From an uncultured Bacteroidales bacterium (lineage in GTDB: Bacteria > Bacteroidota > Bacteroidia > Bacteroidales > TTA-H9): a DNA stretch of 64,000 bases. A program made the position numbers and the translations under genes. The DNA lies in NCBI GenBank assembly GCA_964552325.1, contig CAZKHA010000003.1, positions 671-64,670 on the forward strand, in the 5' to 3' direction. Within the stretch, counting starts at the first letter, position 1. Each line of letters opens with the position of its first letter. Positions 55,815-63,755 of this stretch are shown here, in pieces. Below the pieces are notes generated by a model. The model was not told the origin of the DNA, ran no database searches, and saw nothing but the letters and a program-made list of their open reading frames with translations.

Positions 55815-57005
55815 TTATTTTTTAACCCGTTGTATATTAGCGGCTTTTAAACGCGATAATAAATCGGCGGGGTTTTGGAAACGATTTGTAAGCATCATCG
55901 CAGCAATGATATATGGTTTATAACCAGCTTCTTTATAAGTTGCAATGCGATATTGTTCAAACACTTCGGCTGAAACCTCACCTTTTTTGCACGAAACATC
56001 TGTAATATCGGCAGGCAAGCAGTGCATATAAAGCGCTTTTCCGTGTTTGGTAAGGTTCATTTTTGTGCGGTCGCATTCCCAGTTTTGGTAGCGTGCATTA
56101 TTTGCAAGGCATTCTTTTTCGAGGCTCTTTAAACCATCTCGGTCGCTATTCTTCAAGAGTTCGGTCCTGCGTTCCATAACATGGAAGGGTGCCCAACTTT
56201 TAGGGTAAACAATGTCAGCGCCGTTAAAAGCTTCTTCCATCGAATTGACCACATTAAAGCTGCCACCGTATTGTTTTGCATGATTTTGAGCAACTTGTGT
56301 TATTTCTGGGATTAAGCCATACCCTTCGGGATAAGCCAGCGAAACATCCATACCCATGCGGGTCATCAATGTAATAATGCCTTGAGGAACCGATAGCGGC
56401 TTCCCATAACTGGGTGAATAGGCCCATGTCATCGCAATTTTCTTTCCTCTTAAAGCTTCCAACGACCCGAATTCATTGCGCAAATGCAATAAATCGGCCA
56501 TGGCTTGGGTGGGGTGATCTTGATCGCACTGCAAGTTTACGATACCCGGACGTTGTGGCAAAACACCGTTTGCAAATCCGTCTTCTAAAGCATCGGCAAC
56601 TTCTAGCATATACGAATGCCCTGCACCAAGGTACATGTCGTCGCGAATCCCGATTATTTCGGTTAAAAACGAAATCATGTTGGCTGTTTCGCGCACTGTT
56701 TCGCCATGCGAAATTTGTGACTTTTCTTCGTCCATGTCCTGAACCGTGAGCCCTAATAGATTGGAAGCGAATGCAAACGAGAAGCGTGTGCGGGTGGAGT
56801 TATCACGGAATTGAGAAACGGCTAAGCCAGATTCAAAGCACTTGGCTGAAATGTTCTGAGCATATAGAAACTTCAATGCTTCAGCAACCTGCATAACAAG
56901 CTCTAACTCTTGTTGTGTTTTATCCCAAGTTAACAGAAAGTCTTTATTAAAAAGATTGGCGTTTGTAGCTTCTATGTTTTGAATAAGCTGTTTGAAATCT
57001 TGCAT
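55815..57005 (-). CDS. ygeW: Knotted carbamoyltransferase YgeW
   Basis: 396 aa. FRDNSTRTRFSF, SQISHGETVRETANMISF, LQCDQDHPTQAMADL, WAYSPSYGKPLSVPQG and YMHCLPAD are nearly collinear with E. coli YgeW as I recall it. Confidence 0.9.
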   Translation of the reverse strand: MQDFKQLIQNIEATNANLFNKDFLLTWDKTQQELELVMQVAEALKFLYAQNISAKCFESGLAVSQFRDNSTRTRFSFAFASNLLGLTVQDMDEEKSQISHGETVRETANMISFLTEIIGIRDDMYLGAGHSYMLEVADALEDGFANGVLPQRPGIVNLQCDQDHPTQAMADLLHLRNEFGSLEALRGKKIAMTWAYSPSYGKPLSVPQGIITLMTRMGMDVSLAYPEGYGLIPEITQVAQNHAKQYGGSFNVVNSMEEAFNGADIVYPKSWAPFHVMERRTELLKNSDRDGLKSLEKECLANNARYQNWECDRTKMNLTKHGKALYMHCLPADITDVSCKKGEVSAEVFEQYRIATYKEAGYKPYIIAAMMLTNRFQNPADLLSRLKAANIQRVKK

Positions 57006-57038
57006 AATTATAGGTTTTATTCTGTGTGATTGTTAGTT

Positions 57039-58244
57039 TTATGATTCGTTGCTTAGTGAAAATGCAAACATGGTATAAAATGCCGATGCTACAACTAAGT
57101 CGTTTACAGGGACTTTTTCGTTGGGGGCATGGGCCATTACTTCGTTGCCGGGACCAAAACCAATAGTTGGTATTTTATGCATGCCATTTATGGCGACTCC
57201 GTTGGTTGAAAAGGTCCATTTATCAACTCTGGGCGCAGCACTATATAATAATGTATAGGCTTCAATACCTTTTTGAACTATTTCTGATGACTCTTCAATT
57301 TTCCAAGTAGGATAATACTTTTCCATACCATAATTCAAGCCTGTAAAGGCCTTTCCTTCGTAATACAGTACGCTAGCTTCGGCGTCGCTGCCAATTAGTT
57401 GGCTTACTTCATCCAAGGCACTTTGTTTGGTTTCGCCCCAGGTGAGCCTACGGTCAAGGTGCAAACGTGCAAAATCGGCCACAGCACAAAGTGATGGGCT
57501 GCCCGAAACAAATTCGGAAATCGTAACCGAGCCCTTGCCTAAGAAATCATCGTGTTTAAGTCGCTCGTTCAACTTTTCTACTTCCAAGGCAGCTTTTGAT
57601 GCGCTGTAAATGGCGTTTTTGCCACGTTCGGGTGCTGAACCATGTGCTGAAATACCCTTAAATGAAACGCTAATCTCCATGCGACCACGATGTCCGCGAT
57701 ACAATCCGAGATTGGTAGGTTCTGTGCTAATTACAAAGTGGGGCACAATTTTCTCTTCTTCAATAATATACTTCCAGCAAAGGCCATCACAATCTTCCTC
57801 CATAACGCTTGCTACAAAATATATTGTTAAGTCATTGGGGACGCCCAATTCTTTGATGATTTTACCGGCAGTTATAAATGAGGCTATGCCACCTTTTTGG
57901 TCAACTGTTCCGCGGCCATGTACAAATCCATCCGAGATTGCGCCCGAAAACGGATCAGAAGTCCAATTGGTAATATTCCCTACATCCACCGTGTCAATAT
58001 GACCATCGATAGCTAGGATTGTTTTTCCACTGCCAATGCGCCCGATTACATTTCCCAGGCCATCCATTCTAACTTCATCAAAACCAGCTTCTTTCATAAG
58101 TTGCATGGCTAATGCTTGTACGTTGGCCTCTTCGCCGCTGAGCGATTTTACTTTTACAAGTTCCGAAAGGTTTTTTGCAGTGTAATCTCTATAAAGCTTA
58201 GATAACTCATTTATTTTTAATGCAATAGAAGTTTTAATATCCAT
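57039..58244 (-). CDS. ygeY: YgeY-type M20/DapE-family metallohydrolase ('putative selenium metabolism hydrolase')
   Basis: 401 aa. DGHIDTV, RGTVDQKGG, EEDCDGLCWKYIIEE, YRGHRGRMEI, HGSAPERGKNAI, DRRLTWGE, KWTFSTNG and AHAPNE parallel E. coli YgeY. Confidence 0.9.
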   Translation of the reverse strand: MDIKTSIALKINELSKLYRDYTAKNLSELVKVKSLSGEEANVQALAMQLMKEAGFDEVRMDGLGNVIGRIGSGKTILAIDGHIDTVDVGNITNWTSDPFSGAISDGFVHGRGTVDQKGGIASFITAGKIIKELGVPNDLTIYFVASVMEEDCDGLCWKYIIEEEKIVPHFVISTEPTNLGLYRGHRGRMEISVSFKGISAHGSAPERGKNAIYSASKAALEVEKLNERLKHDDFLGKGSVTISEFVSGSPSLCAVADFARLHLDRRLTWGETKQSALDEVSQLIGSDAEASVLYYEGKAFTGLNYGMEKYYPTWKIEESSEIVQKGIEAYTLLYSAAPRVDKWTFSTNGVAINGMHKIPTIGFGPGNEVMAHAPNEKVPVNDLVVASAFYTMFAFSLSNES

Positions 58245-58294
58245 TATTAAGTGGTTTTAGGTGCTTGATTCAAAATTTTTTAGAAAAAGGACAC

Positions 58295-58302
58295 CAAAGT
58301 TA
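58295..58302 (-). promoter_or_regulatory. Candidate -7 box (TAACTTTG) for ygeY-ygeW
   Basis: TAnnTTTG match on the minus strand, 51 nt upstream of the ATG at 58244. Confidence 0.4.
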
Positions 58303-58362
58303 CGGACTTTATTCGCAGAATGTTTTTTTTGCAAAAACTTGTTGTGCAATTGGGTTTGTTCC

Positions 58363-58370
58363 TACATTTG
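58363..58370 (+). promoter_or_regulatory. Candidate -7 box (TACATTTG) for the adhesin-like gene
   Basis: TAnnTTTG match only 9 nt before the ATG at 58379, implying a very short or absent leader. Confidence 0.3.
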
Positions 58371-58378
58371 TTCGACCT

Positions 58379-60175
58379 ATGAAGCATCCCCGTTTTATAT
58401 ATAAATCTTTGGTTATTATTGTATTATGGTTAATACTGCCAGTACATTTATATAGCCAAACCGATAGTGTTTTTTGGTTTGTTGCACCGGAGGTTTCAAA
58501 GAATGGGGGCTCCAACTTTGATATACCTGTTTATTTGCGGTTGTCAAATTATAGCAGTCCAGTTAATGTGGTAGTTTCGATGCCCGCCAATCTTTCTTTT
58601 GTGCCTATAAGTGTTTCTATCCCTGCTAATGGAGCGCAAACAATTGATTTATCAGCTTTTGTAGAGGTTATAGAGAATAAGCCGGCCGATGCTATTCTAA
58701 ACAAAGGTTTGCTAATTGAGTCAACGGGACCTATCACAGCCTATTATGAGGTAGCAAGTACCTATTGCATGTGTAATCCAGAAATTTTTGCCTTGAAAGG
58801 GAAGAATGCCCTTGGTACACAATTCCTTTTGCCTGGTCAAACCCATTTTAATAATTCTGGGGGCTATAATCCAGTACCTTATAATACATTTGATGTTGTA
58901 GCAACGGTTAATAATACTGTTGTAACAATTACACCAAAAAAAGCTATTCTTGGTCATGCTGCTGGGGTTACCTTTAGCTTTACGCTTAATAAAGGCGAAA
59001 CATGGTGTGGCAAGGCCAACTCGCAACTAGCTTCTGAACATTTGCATGGTACCGAAATAAGCAGCAATTACCCAATTGCAGTAACCTTAACGGATGATTT
59101 GCTGCATGGTATAAGTGGCTGCGCCGATTTAGCTGGTGATCAGGCTATCCCCGTTTCATTGGCAGGCAATGAATATATTGCTGTTAAAGGATTTCTTACC
59201 AATGGGGGAGAGCGAGCATTTATTTTAGGGCTAAATAACAATACCGATGTATGGCTCGATGGATCGGCTAGTCCAGTTACATTAAACAAGCAACAAGTTT
59301 ACAACCATGTCATTACAGATAATTCTACCTATATCAATAGCAATAAGCCCGTTTTAGTATATCAAACCACTGGGTTTGGTTGCGAACTTGGTTCGGCGGT
59401 TTTGCCACCCATAGCATGTACGGGATCATCAAGCGTAACCTTTACGCGAACAACCAACCAGCAGTTGGGATTGATAATTTTTACTCGGCAAGGCAATGAG
59501 GGGGGATTTTTATTAAATGGTAACGCTACTTTTATCAAACCTTCTGATTTTCAATCTGTGATAGGCACTATGGGGCAGTGGATGGCCGCTCGAATCACTT
59601 TTACAACCACCCAGATCCCTATGGGTACTACTTGCTTGGTAACTAATAGTTTAGGTCTTTTTCACATGGGCGTTATTATTGGCGATTACGGTGGCGGTTG
59701 CTCTTATGGGTTCTTTTCGGGTTTCGCATCCTTAAGCCTTGGCCCTGATGTTTCAATTTGCAATGGCGATAGCATTTTGCTTGATGCAGGCCCAGGCATG
59801 AACTCCTATATTTGGAACAATGGAAGTTCTTCATCATCAATTTATGCAAAGGATGCGGGTTGGTATTGGGTGCAGGCATCCAATGGTATGTGTTTGCTAA
59901 GCGATTCTGTTTATGTATCGCATTATCCTGATAATCAGATAAATTTGGGAAATGATACCCTCTTTTGCGCGGGTAATAGTTTGCTTTTAGATGCCGGTAC
60001 AGGCTATCAAACGTATATGTGGCAACCCGGTAATGTTCCTGGACAATCGTTAACCATAACGGCACCAGGGACTTACTATATAACTGTTTCGGATGATAAT
60101 GAATGTGTTTATATGGATGAGATTACCGTTACACAGCTGCCCTTACCTGTGCAGGTTCCAATAAAGCACAATTGA
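58379..60175 (+). CDS. Secreted beta-rich adhesin-like protein with two C-terminal ~65-aa Cys-containing repeats
   Basis: ATG at 58379 gives the signal peptide MKHPRFIYKSLVIIVLWLILPVHLYSQ. The central region resembles IgGFc-binding-type N-terminal domains. Tandem repeats are ICNGDSILLDAGPGMNSYIWNNG... and FCAGNSLLLDAGTGYQTYMWQPG.... No recognisable T9SS C-terminal domain. Confidence 0.5.
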   Translation: MKHPRFIYKSLVIIVLWLILPVHLYSQTDSVFWFVAPEVSKNGGSNFDIPVYLRLSNYSSPVNVVVSMPANLSFVPISVSIPANGAQTIDLSAFVEVIENKPADAILNKGLLIESTGPITAYYEVASTYCMCNPEIFALKGKNALGTQFLLPGQTHFNNSGGYNPVPYNTFDVVATVNNTVVTITPKKAILGHAAGVTFSFTLNKGETWCGKANSQLASEHLHGTEISSNYPIAVTLTDDLLHGISGCADLAGDQAIPVSLAGNEYIAVKGFLTNGGERAFILGLNNNTDVWLDGSASPVTLNKQQVYNHVITDNSTYINSNKPVLVYQTTGFGCELGSAVLPPIACTGSSSVTFTRTTNQQLGLIIFTRQGNEGGFLLNGNATFIKPSDFQSVIGTMGQWMAARITFTTTQIPMGTTCLVTNSLGLFHMGVIIGDYGGGCSYGFFSGFASLSLGPDVSICNGDSILLDAGPGMNSYIWNNGSSSSSIYAKDAGWYWVQASNGMCLLSDSVYVSHYPDNQINLGNDTLFCAGNSLLLDAGTGYQTYMWQPGNVPGQSLTITAPGTYYITVSDDNECVYMDEITVTQLPLPVQVPIKHN

Positions 60176-60399
60176 CATGGATGTTCTGGTTTAAGTGGTA
60201 GTTTATTGATAATACGAGTGATATAGTTTTAGTGAAACAAGCTTGGCAATAAAAATGCTAGCTACCATTATCAGCTTATTAAGTTAATTTATCGTTATGA
60301 TGCCTTGTAGATTAGGGTCGAAAAGGCGTCATGCCTTGCATAATGTGAAAACTGTTTAGATTTAACAGGGGGCTTGGTTTGGCATTTTCAAAGAAATTG

Positions 60400-60407
60400 T
60401 ATCTTTG
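60400..60407 (+). promoter_or_regulatory. Candidate -7 box (TATCTTTG) for tRNA-Arg
   Basis: TAnnTTTG match 21 nt before the tRNA 5' end, with a TTTG at 60378-60381. Confidence 0.5.
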
Positions 60408-60427
60408 CACCCCTGAATTTTTAATCG

Positions 60428-60501
60428 GGTCCGGTAGCTCAGTTGGATAGAGCAGCAGCCTTCTAAGCTGCGGGTCGTGGGTTCGAATCCCGCCCGGATC
60501 A
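60428..60501 (+). tRNA. tRNA-Arg (anticodon TCT)
   Basis: Hand-folded cloverleaf of 74 nt. Acceptor GGTCCGG/CCGGATC, D-arm GCTC-AGTTGGATA-GAGC, anticodon arm GCAGC-CTTCTAA-GCTGC, variable GGGTC, T-arm GTGGG-TTCGAAT-CCCGC, discriminator A. Confidence 0.9.
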
Positions 60502-60507
60502 CTGGCG

Positions 60508-60546
60508 ACACCTCTTTTAAAGTCATTTAGGGAGGTGTTTTCTGTT
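60508..60546 (+). terminator. Possible terminator after tRNA-Arg
   Basis: ACACCTC...GAGGTGT is a 7-bp stem with a large 17-nt loop, followed by TTTCTGTTTT. Confidence 0.35.
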
Positions 60547-60737
60547 TTATCGGCCTTATTTATCGCGGACTCGCTTACATAAAATTGTGATGATAATGCT
60601 TCGTATCGTGATTATAAATGTTTGAAATTTAAGTTTATACACTTTACTTTTAAGTTATTAACAATCAAGTTTAGTAAAATTACGCAGGTTTGCGATGTAA
60701 AAAGTAGTGCCCTCTATGCAGTTAAGCTAAAAAATGC

Positions 60738-60745
60738 TATTTTTG
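60738..60745 (+). promoter_or_regulatory. Candidate -7 box (TATTTTTG) for the TPR gene
   Basis: TAnnTTTG match, 21 nt before the ATG at 60766. Confidence 0.5.
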
Positions 60746-60765
60746 CACCCTTAAAAAATTACCTC

Positions 60766-61455
60766 ATGGCTAAGAAAATTGAAAATGCTGATGAAAAGAT
60801 TGTAGCTGTTGAAGAAGCCCTCAGCAGGAGCGAAATGTTTATTGAAAAAAACCAAAAGATTATTATTATTGCACTTGCTGCAATAGTTATCGTTGTGTTA
60901 GGGTTTTTGGGTTATCGGAAGTTTATATCAGAGCCCCGCGAAATCAAAGCTAATAACGAGATTTTCAGTGCGCAAGGGTATTTTGAGCAAGATTCACTTG
61001 ATAAAGCCCTGAATGGCGATGGTCAAAATGCTGGCTTTATTGACATTATTAACGATTATGGTTCAACCAAAGCTGGTAATCTTGCCAAGTATTATGCTGG
61101 TGTTAGCTACCTGAAAAAAGGCGAGTTCCAAAAAGCAGTTGAGTATCTTGAAGGTTTCAGCACCGAAGACCCATTAGTTGGACCCATGGCCATTGGTGCC
61201 TTAGGAGATGCTTACCTTGAACTGGGCAAAAACGAAAAAGCAGTAGCTCAATATATGAAGGCTTCATCTGCCAGTGACAATGAATTAACTTCGCCTGTAT
61301 TTTTGATGAAAGCCGGAATGACCTACGAATTGCTAGGCACCTACGATAAAGCCCTTGAGGTTTATAAAACCATCAAAACCAATTATCCAAGGAGTTTTGA
61401 AGGAAGGGATATCGATAAATATATTGCACGCGCCGAAGGTTTCATTACCAAGTAA
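60766..61455 (+). CDS. Membrane-anchored TPR-like protein (YfgM-like architecture)
   Basis: ATG at 60766 (MAKKIENADEK), preceded by a -7 box at 60738-60745. One TM (IIIIALAAIVIVVLGFLGY) then TPR-like helices. Strong terminator downstream. The ORF-track N-terminal extension is rejected. Confidence 0.6.
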   Translation: MAKKIENADEKIVAVEEALSRSEMFIEKNQKIIIIALAAIVIVVLGFLGYRKFISEPREIKANNEIFSAQGYFEQDSLDKALNGDGQNAGFIDIINDYGSTKAGNLAKYYAGVSYLKKGEFQKAVEYLEGFSTEDPLVGPMAIGALGDAYLELGKNEKAVAQYMKASSASDNELTSPVFLMKAGMTYELLGTYDKALEVYKTIKTNYPRSFEGRDIDKYIARAEGFITK

Positions 61456-61474
61456 AAATATTCTCATCTTTGTA

Positions 61475-61501
61475 CCTGACCATTTGGTCAGGTTTTTTTT
61501 T
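61475..61501 (+). terminator. Rho-independent terminator after the TPR gene
   Basis: CCTGACC-ATTT-GGTCAGG followed by a run of nine T. Confidence 0.75.
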
Positions 61502-61509
61502 GCACTAAA

Positions 61510-62478
61510 ATGACCCAAAAAAGTTTACGTATCGTTTATATGGGAACTCCCGAATTTGCGGTAGAACCTTTAAAAGTATTGGTTGATAACGGTTTAGATA
61601 TAGCCGCAGTGGTAACTGTTCCCGATAAACCTGCAGGAAGAGGGCAAGTCTTACGTGAAAGCCCTGTTAAACAGTATGCCACAAGCATGCAACTAAGGGT
61701 TCTTCAGCCCGAGAAGCTAAGGCAACAATCATTTATTGATGAACTTATTGAATTAAATGCCGATTTGTTTATTGTTGTGGCTTTTAGGATGTTGCCTCAA
61801 GCAGTTTGGAGTTTGCCAAGATTAGGCACTTTTAACCTACATGCTTCCTTATTGCCTAACTATAGGGGCGCTGCTCCCATAAATCATGCAATTATTAATG
61901 GTGAAACCGAAACCGGAATAAGCACTTTTTTCATCAATGAAACCATTGATACAGGTGCAATTATTTTACAGCAAAGGGTTGATATTAAGCCTACAGAAAC
62001 GGCTGGAACACTACATGATACGTTAATGTTTGAGGGAGGAAAACTAGTATTGGATACCGTAAAACTAATTGTAGCCGGGAATCAAGTTCCCGTAGAACAA
62101 ACTCAATTAGAAAATTTAAGTACCCGAATCCTACCCGCACCAAAGATCTTTAAGGAAGATTGTAAGGTCAATTTTCACCAAACAGCACAACGAGTTCATA
62201 ACTTAATACGGGGTTTAAGCCCTTACCCGGCGGCCTTTTGTACCATGAGCCATCCAACGGCAGGTGATGTTGTAATTAAAATATTTGAATCGAGTATTAG
62301 CCCTAGTATGGGCCAAGCCCCAGGAACAGTGTGCACCGATGGAAAAACATACCTGCGAGTTCAGTGCATAGATTCTTGTATAGATTTGATTGATATACAA
62401 TTAAGTGGAAAGCGCAGGTTGAGTGTTACTGATTTTTTGCGAGGTTTCCATCATCCTGACTTGCTAAAAAACGCCTAA
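61510..62478 (+). CDS. fmt: Methionyl-tRNA formyltransferase
   Basis: IVYMGTPEFAV and HASLLPNYRGAAPINHAIINGE motifs, plus a C-terminal Fmt domain. Confidence 0.9.
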   Translation: MTQKSLRIVYMGTPEFAVEPLKVLVDNGLDIAAVVTVPDKPAGRGQVLRESPVKQYATSMQLRVLQPEKLRQQSFIDELIELNADLFIVVAFRMLPQAVWSLPRLGTFNLHASLLPNYRGAAPINHAIINGETETGISTFFINETIDTGAIILQQRVDIKPTETAGTLHDTLMFEGGKLVLDTVKLIVAGNQVPVEQTQLENLSTRILPAPKIFKEDCKVNFHQTAQRVHNLIRGLSPYPAAFCTMSHPTAGDVVIKIFESSISPSMGQAPGTVCTDGKTYLRVQCIDSCIDLIDIQLSGKRRLSVTDFLRGFHHPDLLKNA

Positions 62479-62601
62479 TTCAGTATTCATGCACTATAAT
62501 AGCTGAACCTTAGAAAGATAGGAGTTATAAACAATTTTACTATTTTATTAACAAAATGCCTCTGAACTCTATATACTACTTGCTTTTTATGGTTTTTAAT
62601 A

Positions 62602-62609
62602 TATATTTG
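62602..62609 (+). promoter_or_regulatory. Candidate -7 box (TATATTTG) for hup
   Basis: TAnnTTTG match, 41 nt before the ATG at 62650. Confidence 0.5.
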
Positions 62610-62649
62610 CACGAACATTCAGATCTTTACTTTTAAAACCACTTTAAAA

Positions 62650-62922
62650 ATGAACAAAGCAGATTTAATCAGTGCAATGGCTGAAAATGCCGGAATTACT
62701 AAAGCCAAAGCTAAGAAAGCCCTCGATGCTTTTATTGGAACTACTACAGCTTCTTTAAAAGAAGGACAAAGAGTATCATTAATCGGTTTCGGAACTTTTA
62801 GCGTTTCAAAACGTTCAGCACGTACAGGCAGAAACCCTAAAACCCAACAAACTATGCAAATTGCTGCTAAAAAAGTAGTAAAATTTAAACCAGGTGCTGA
62901 ATTGGCCGGAGAAATCAAATAA
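62650..62922 (+). CDS. hup: HU family DNA-binding protein
   Basis: 90 aa: MNKADLISAMAE...GFGTFSVSKRSARTGRNPKTQQTMQIAAKKVVKFKPG. A canonical terminator follows. Confidence 0.9.
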   Translation: MNKADLISAMAENAGITKAKAKKALDAFIGTTTASLKEGQRVSLIGFGTFSVSKRSARTGRNPKTQQTMQIAAKKVVKFKPGAELAGEIK

Positions 62923-62943
62923 CGCCAGCCATAAACTTTTGTA

Positions 62944-62969
62944 CCCAGACATTTTGTCTGGGTTTTTTT
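62944..62969 (+). terminator. Rho-independent terminator after hup
   Basis: CCCAGAC-ATTTT-GTCTGGG followed by TTTTTTT. Confidence 0.8.
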
Positions 62970-63083
62970 ATGCCGTTTTGTTTACTTTTTAAACAGTTGG
63001 TATATAAGGTAATGTACTATTTTGAGCAAGATTATCAACCATATGGCAGCGTTTTCATGTCATGGCATGCTTTTTGGTTAAAG

Positions 63084-63115
63084 ATGGAAACTAAATAAAC
63101 TAAAATAGTTTCCAT
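63084..63115. promoter_or_regulatory. Inverted repeat ATGGAAACTA-N12-TAGTTTCCAT abutting the TetR start codon (candidate operator or translation-occluding hairpin)
   Basis: 10-bp perfect arms. The right arm ends 2 nt before the ATG at 63117. Confidence 0.35.
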
Positions 63116-63116
63116 T

Positions 63117-63752
63117 ATGAAGAACGAATCCACCTACACGAATCGTATTGTTGATGTCAGCCGTACCTTGTTTTTTAGATATGGCTATAGTCGCGTATCA
63201 GTTGATGAAATTGCTGCCGAATTGAGTATTAGTAAAAAGACTATTTATCAGCATTTTAAGGGTAAAAAAGAAATCCTACTGGCCATTTTAAACATACTGA
63301 AGGAAAACCTGAACAACGACATTGACCAAGTTATAAATGATCCAAACTTGTCGTTTACCCAAAAATTAAAGCAAAATTTGGCCATTATTGGGGTGCATAT
63401 CTCGAGCGTTGACAGGCAGTTTTTAGAAGATATGCGAAAAAGTGTTCCCGAAGCCTGGAAGGTATGGGAGGATTATAAACGCTTTGCAGCCAACCAACAC
63501 TTTAGGCGCTTACTTGATGAAGGGATTCGCAATGGGCTAATAAATCCAGCCATTAATGCCGATATGGCTGTAATAGTTTACCTTGGTACTATTAGCAGCG
63601 TTTTTGATCCATTGTTCATCAATCAGTTACCCACCGATTTGGTTGAAAAGCTTCCTAATTCGCCCATCGAAAGCTTCAACCAATTCATCAAGATTTTGTA
63701 TATGGGTATTCTATCACCAGAGGCAGTTCACGAATTTCAAAACAATGATTAA
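63117..63752 (+). CDS. TetR/AcrR family transcriptional regulator
   Basis: N-terminal HTH: FFRYGYSRVSVDEIAAELSISKKTIYQHFKGKKEIL. 211 aa. Confidence 0.8.
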   Translation: MKNESTYTNRIVDVSRTLFFRYGYSRVSVDEIAAELSISKKTIYQHFKGKKEILLAILNILKENLNNDIDQVINDPNLSFTQKLKQNLAIIGVHISSVDRQFLEDMRKSVPEAWKVWEDYKRFAANQHFRRLLDEGIRNGLINPAINADMAVIVYLGTISSVFDPLFINQLPTDLVEKLPNSPIESFNQFIKILYMGILSPEAVHEFQNND

Positions 63753-63755
63753 ACT

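Noticed and set aside
43817-58244. In-frame TGA (selenocysteine) codons or SECIS-like interruptions in the island genes
   Set aside because: All nine ORFs are continuous at lengths matching their E. coli counterparts, so no split gene suggests a recoded TGA. In this family, selenium would be a labile cofactor ligand rather than Sec.
60176-60765. Possible integrated mobile element or att site next to tRNA-Arg
   Set aside because: I found no integrase, excisionase or transposase ORF. There is no direct repeat of the tRNA 3' end in the flanking 300 bp on either side.
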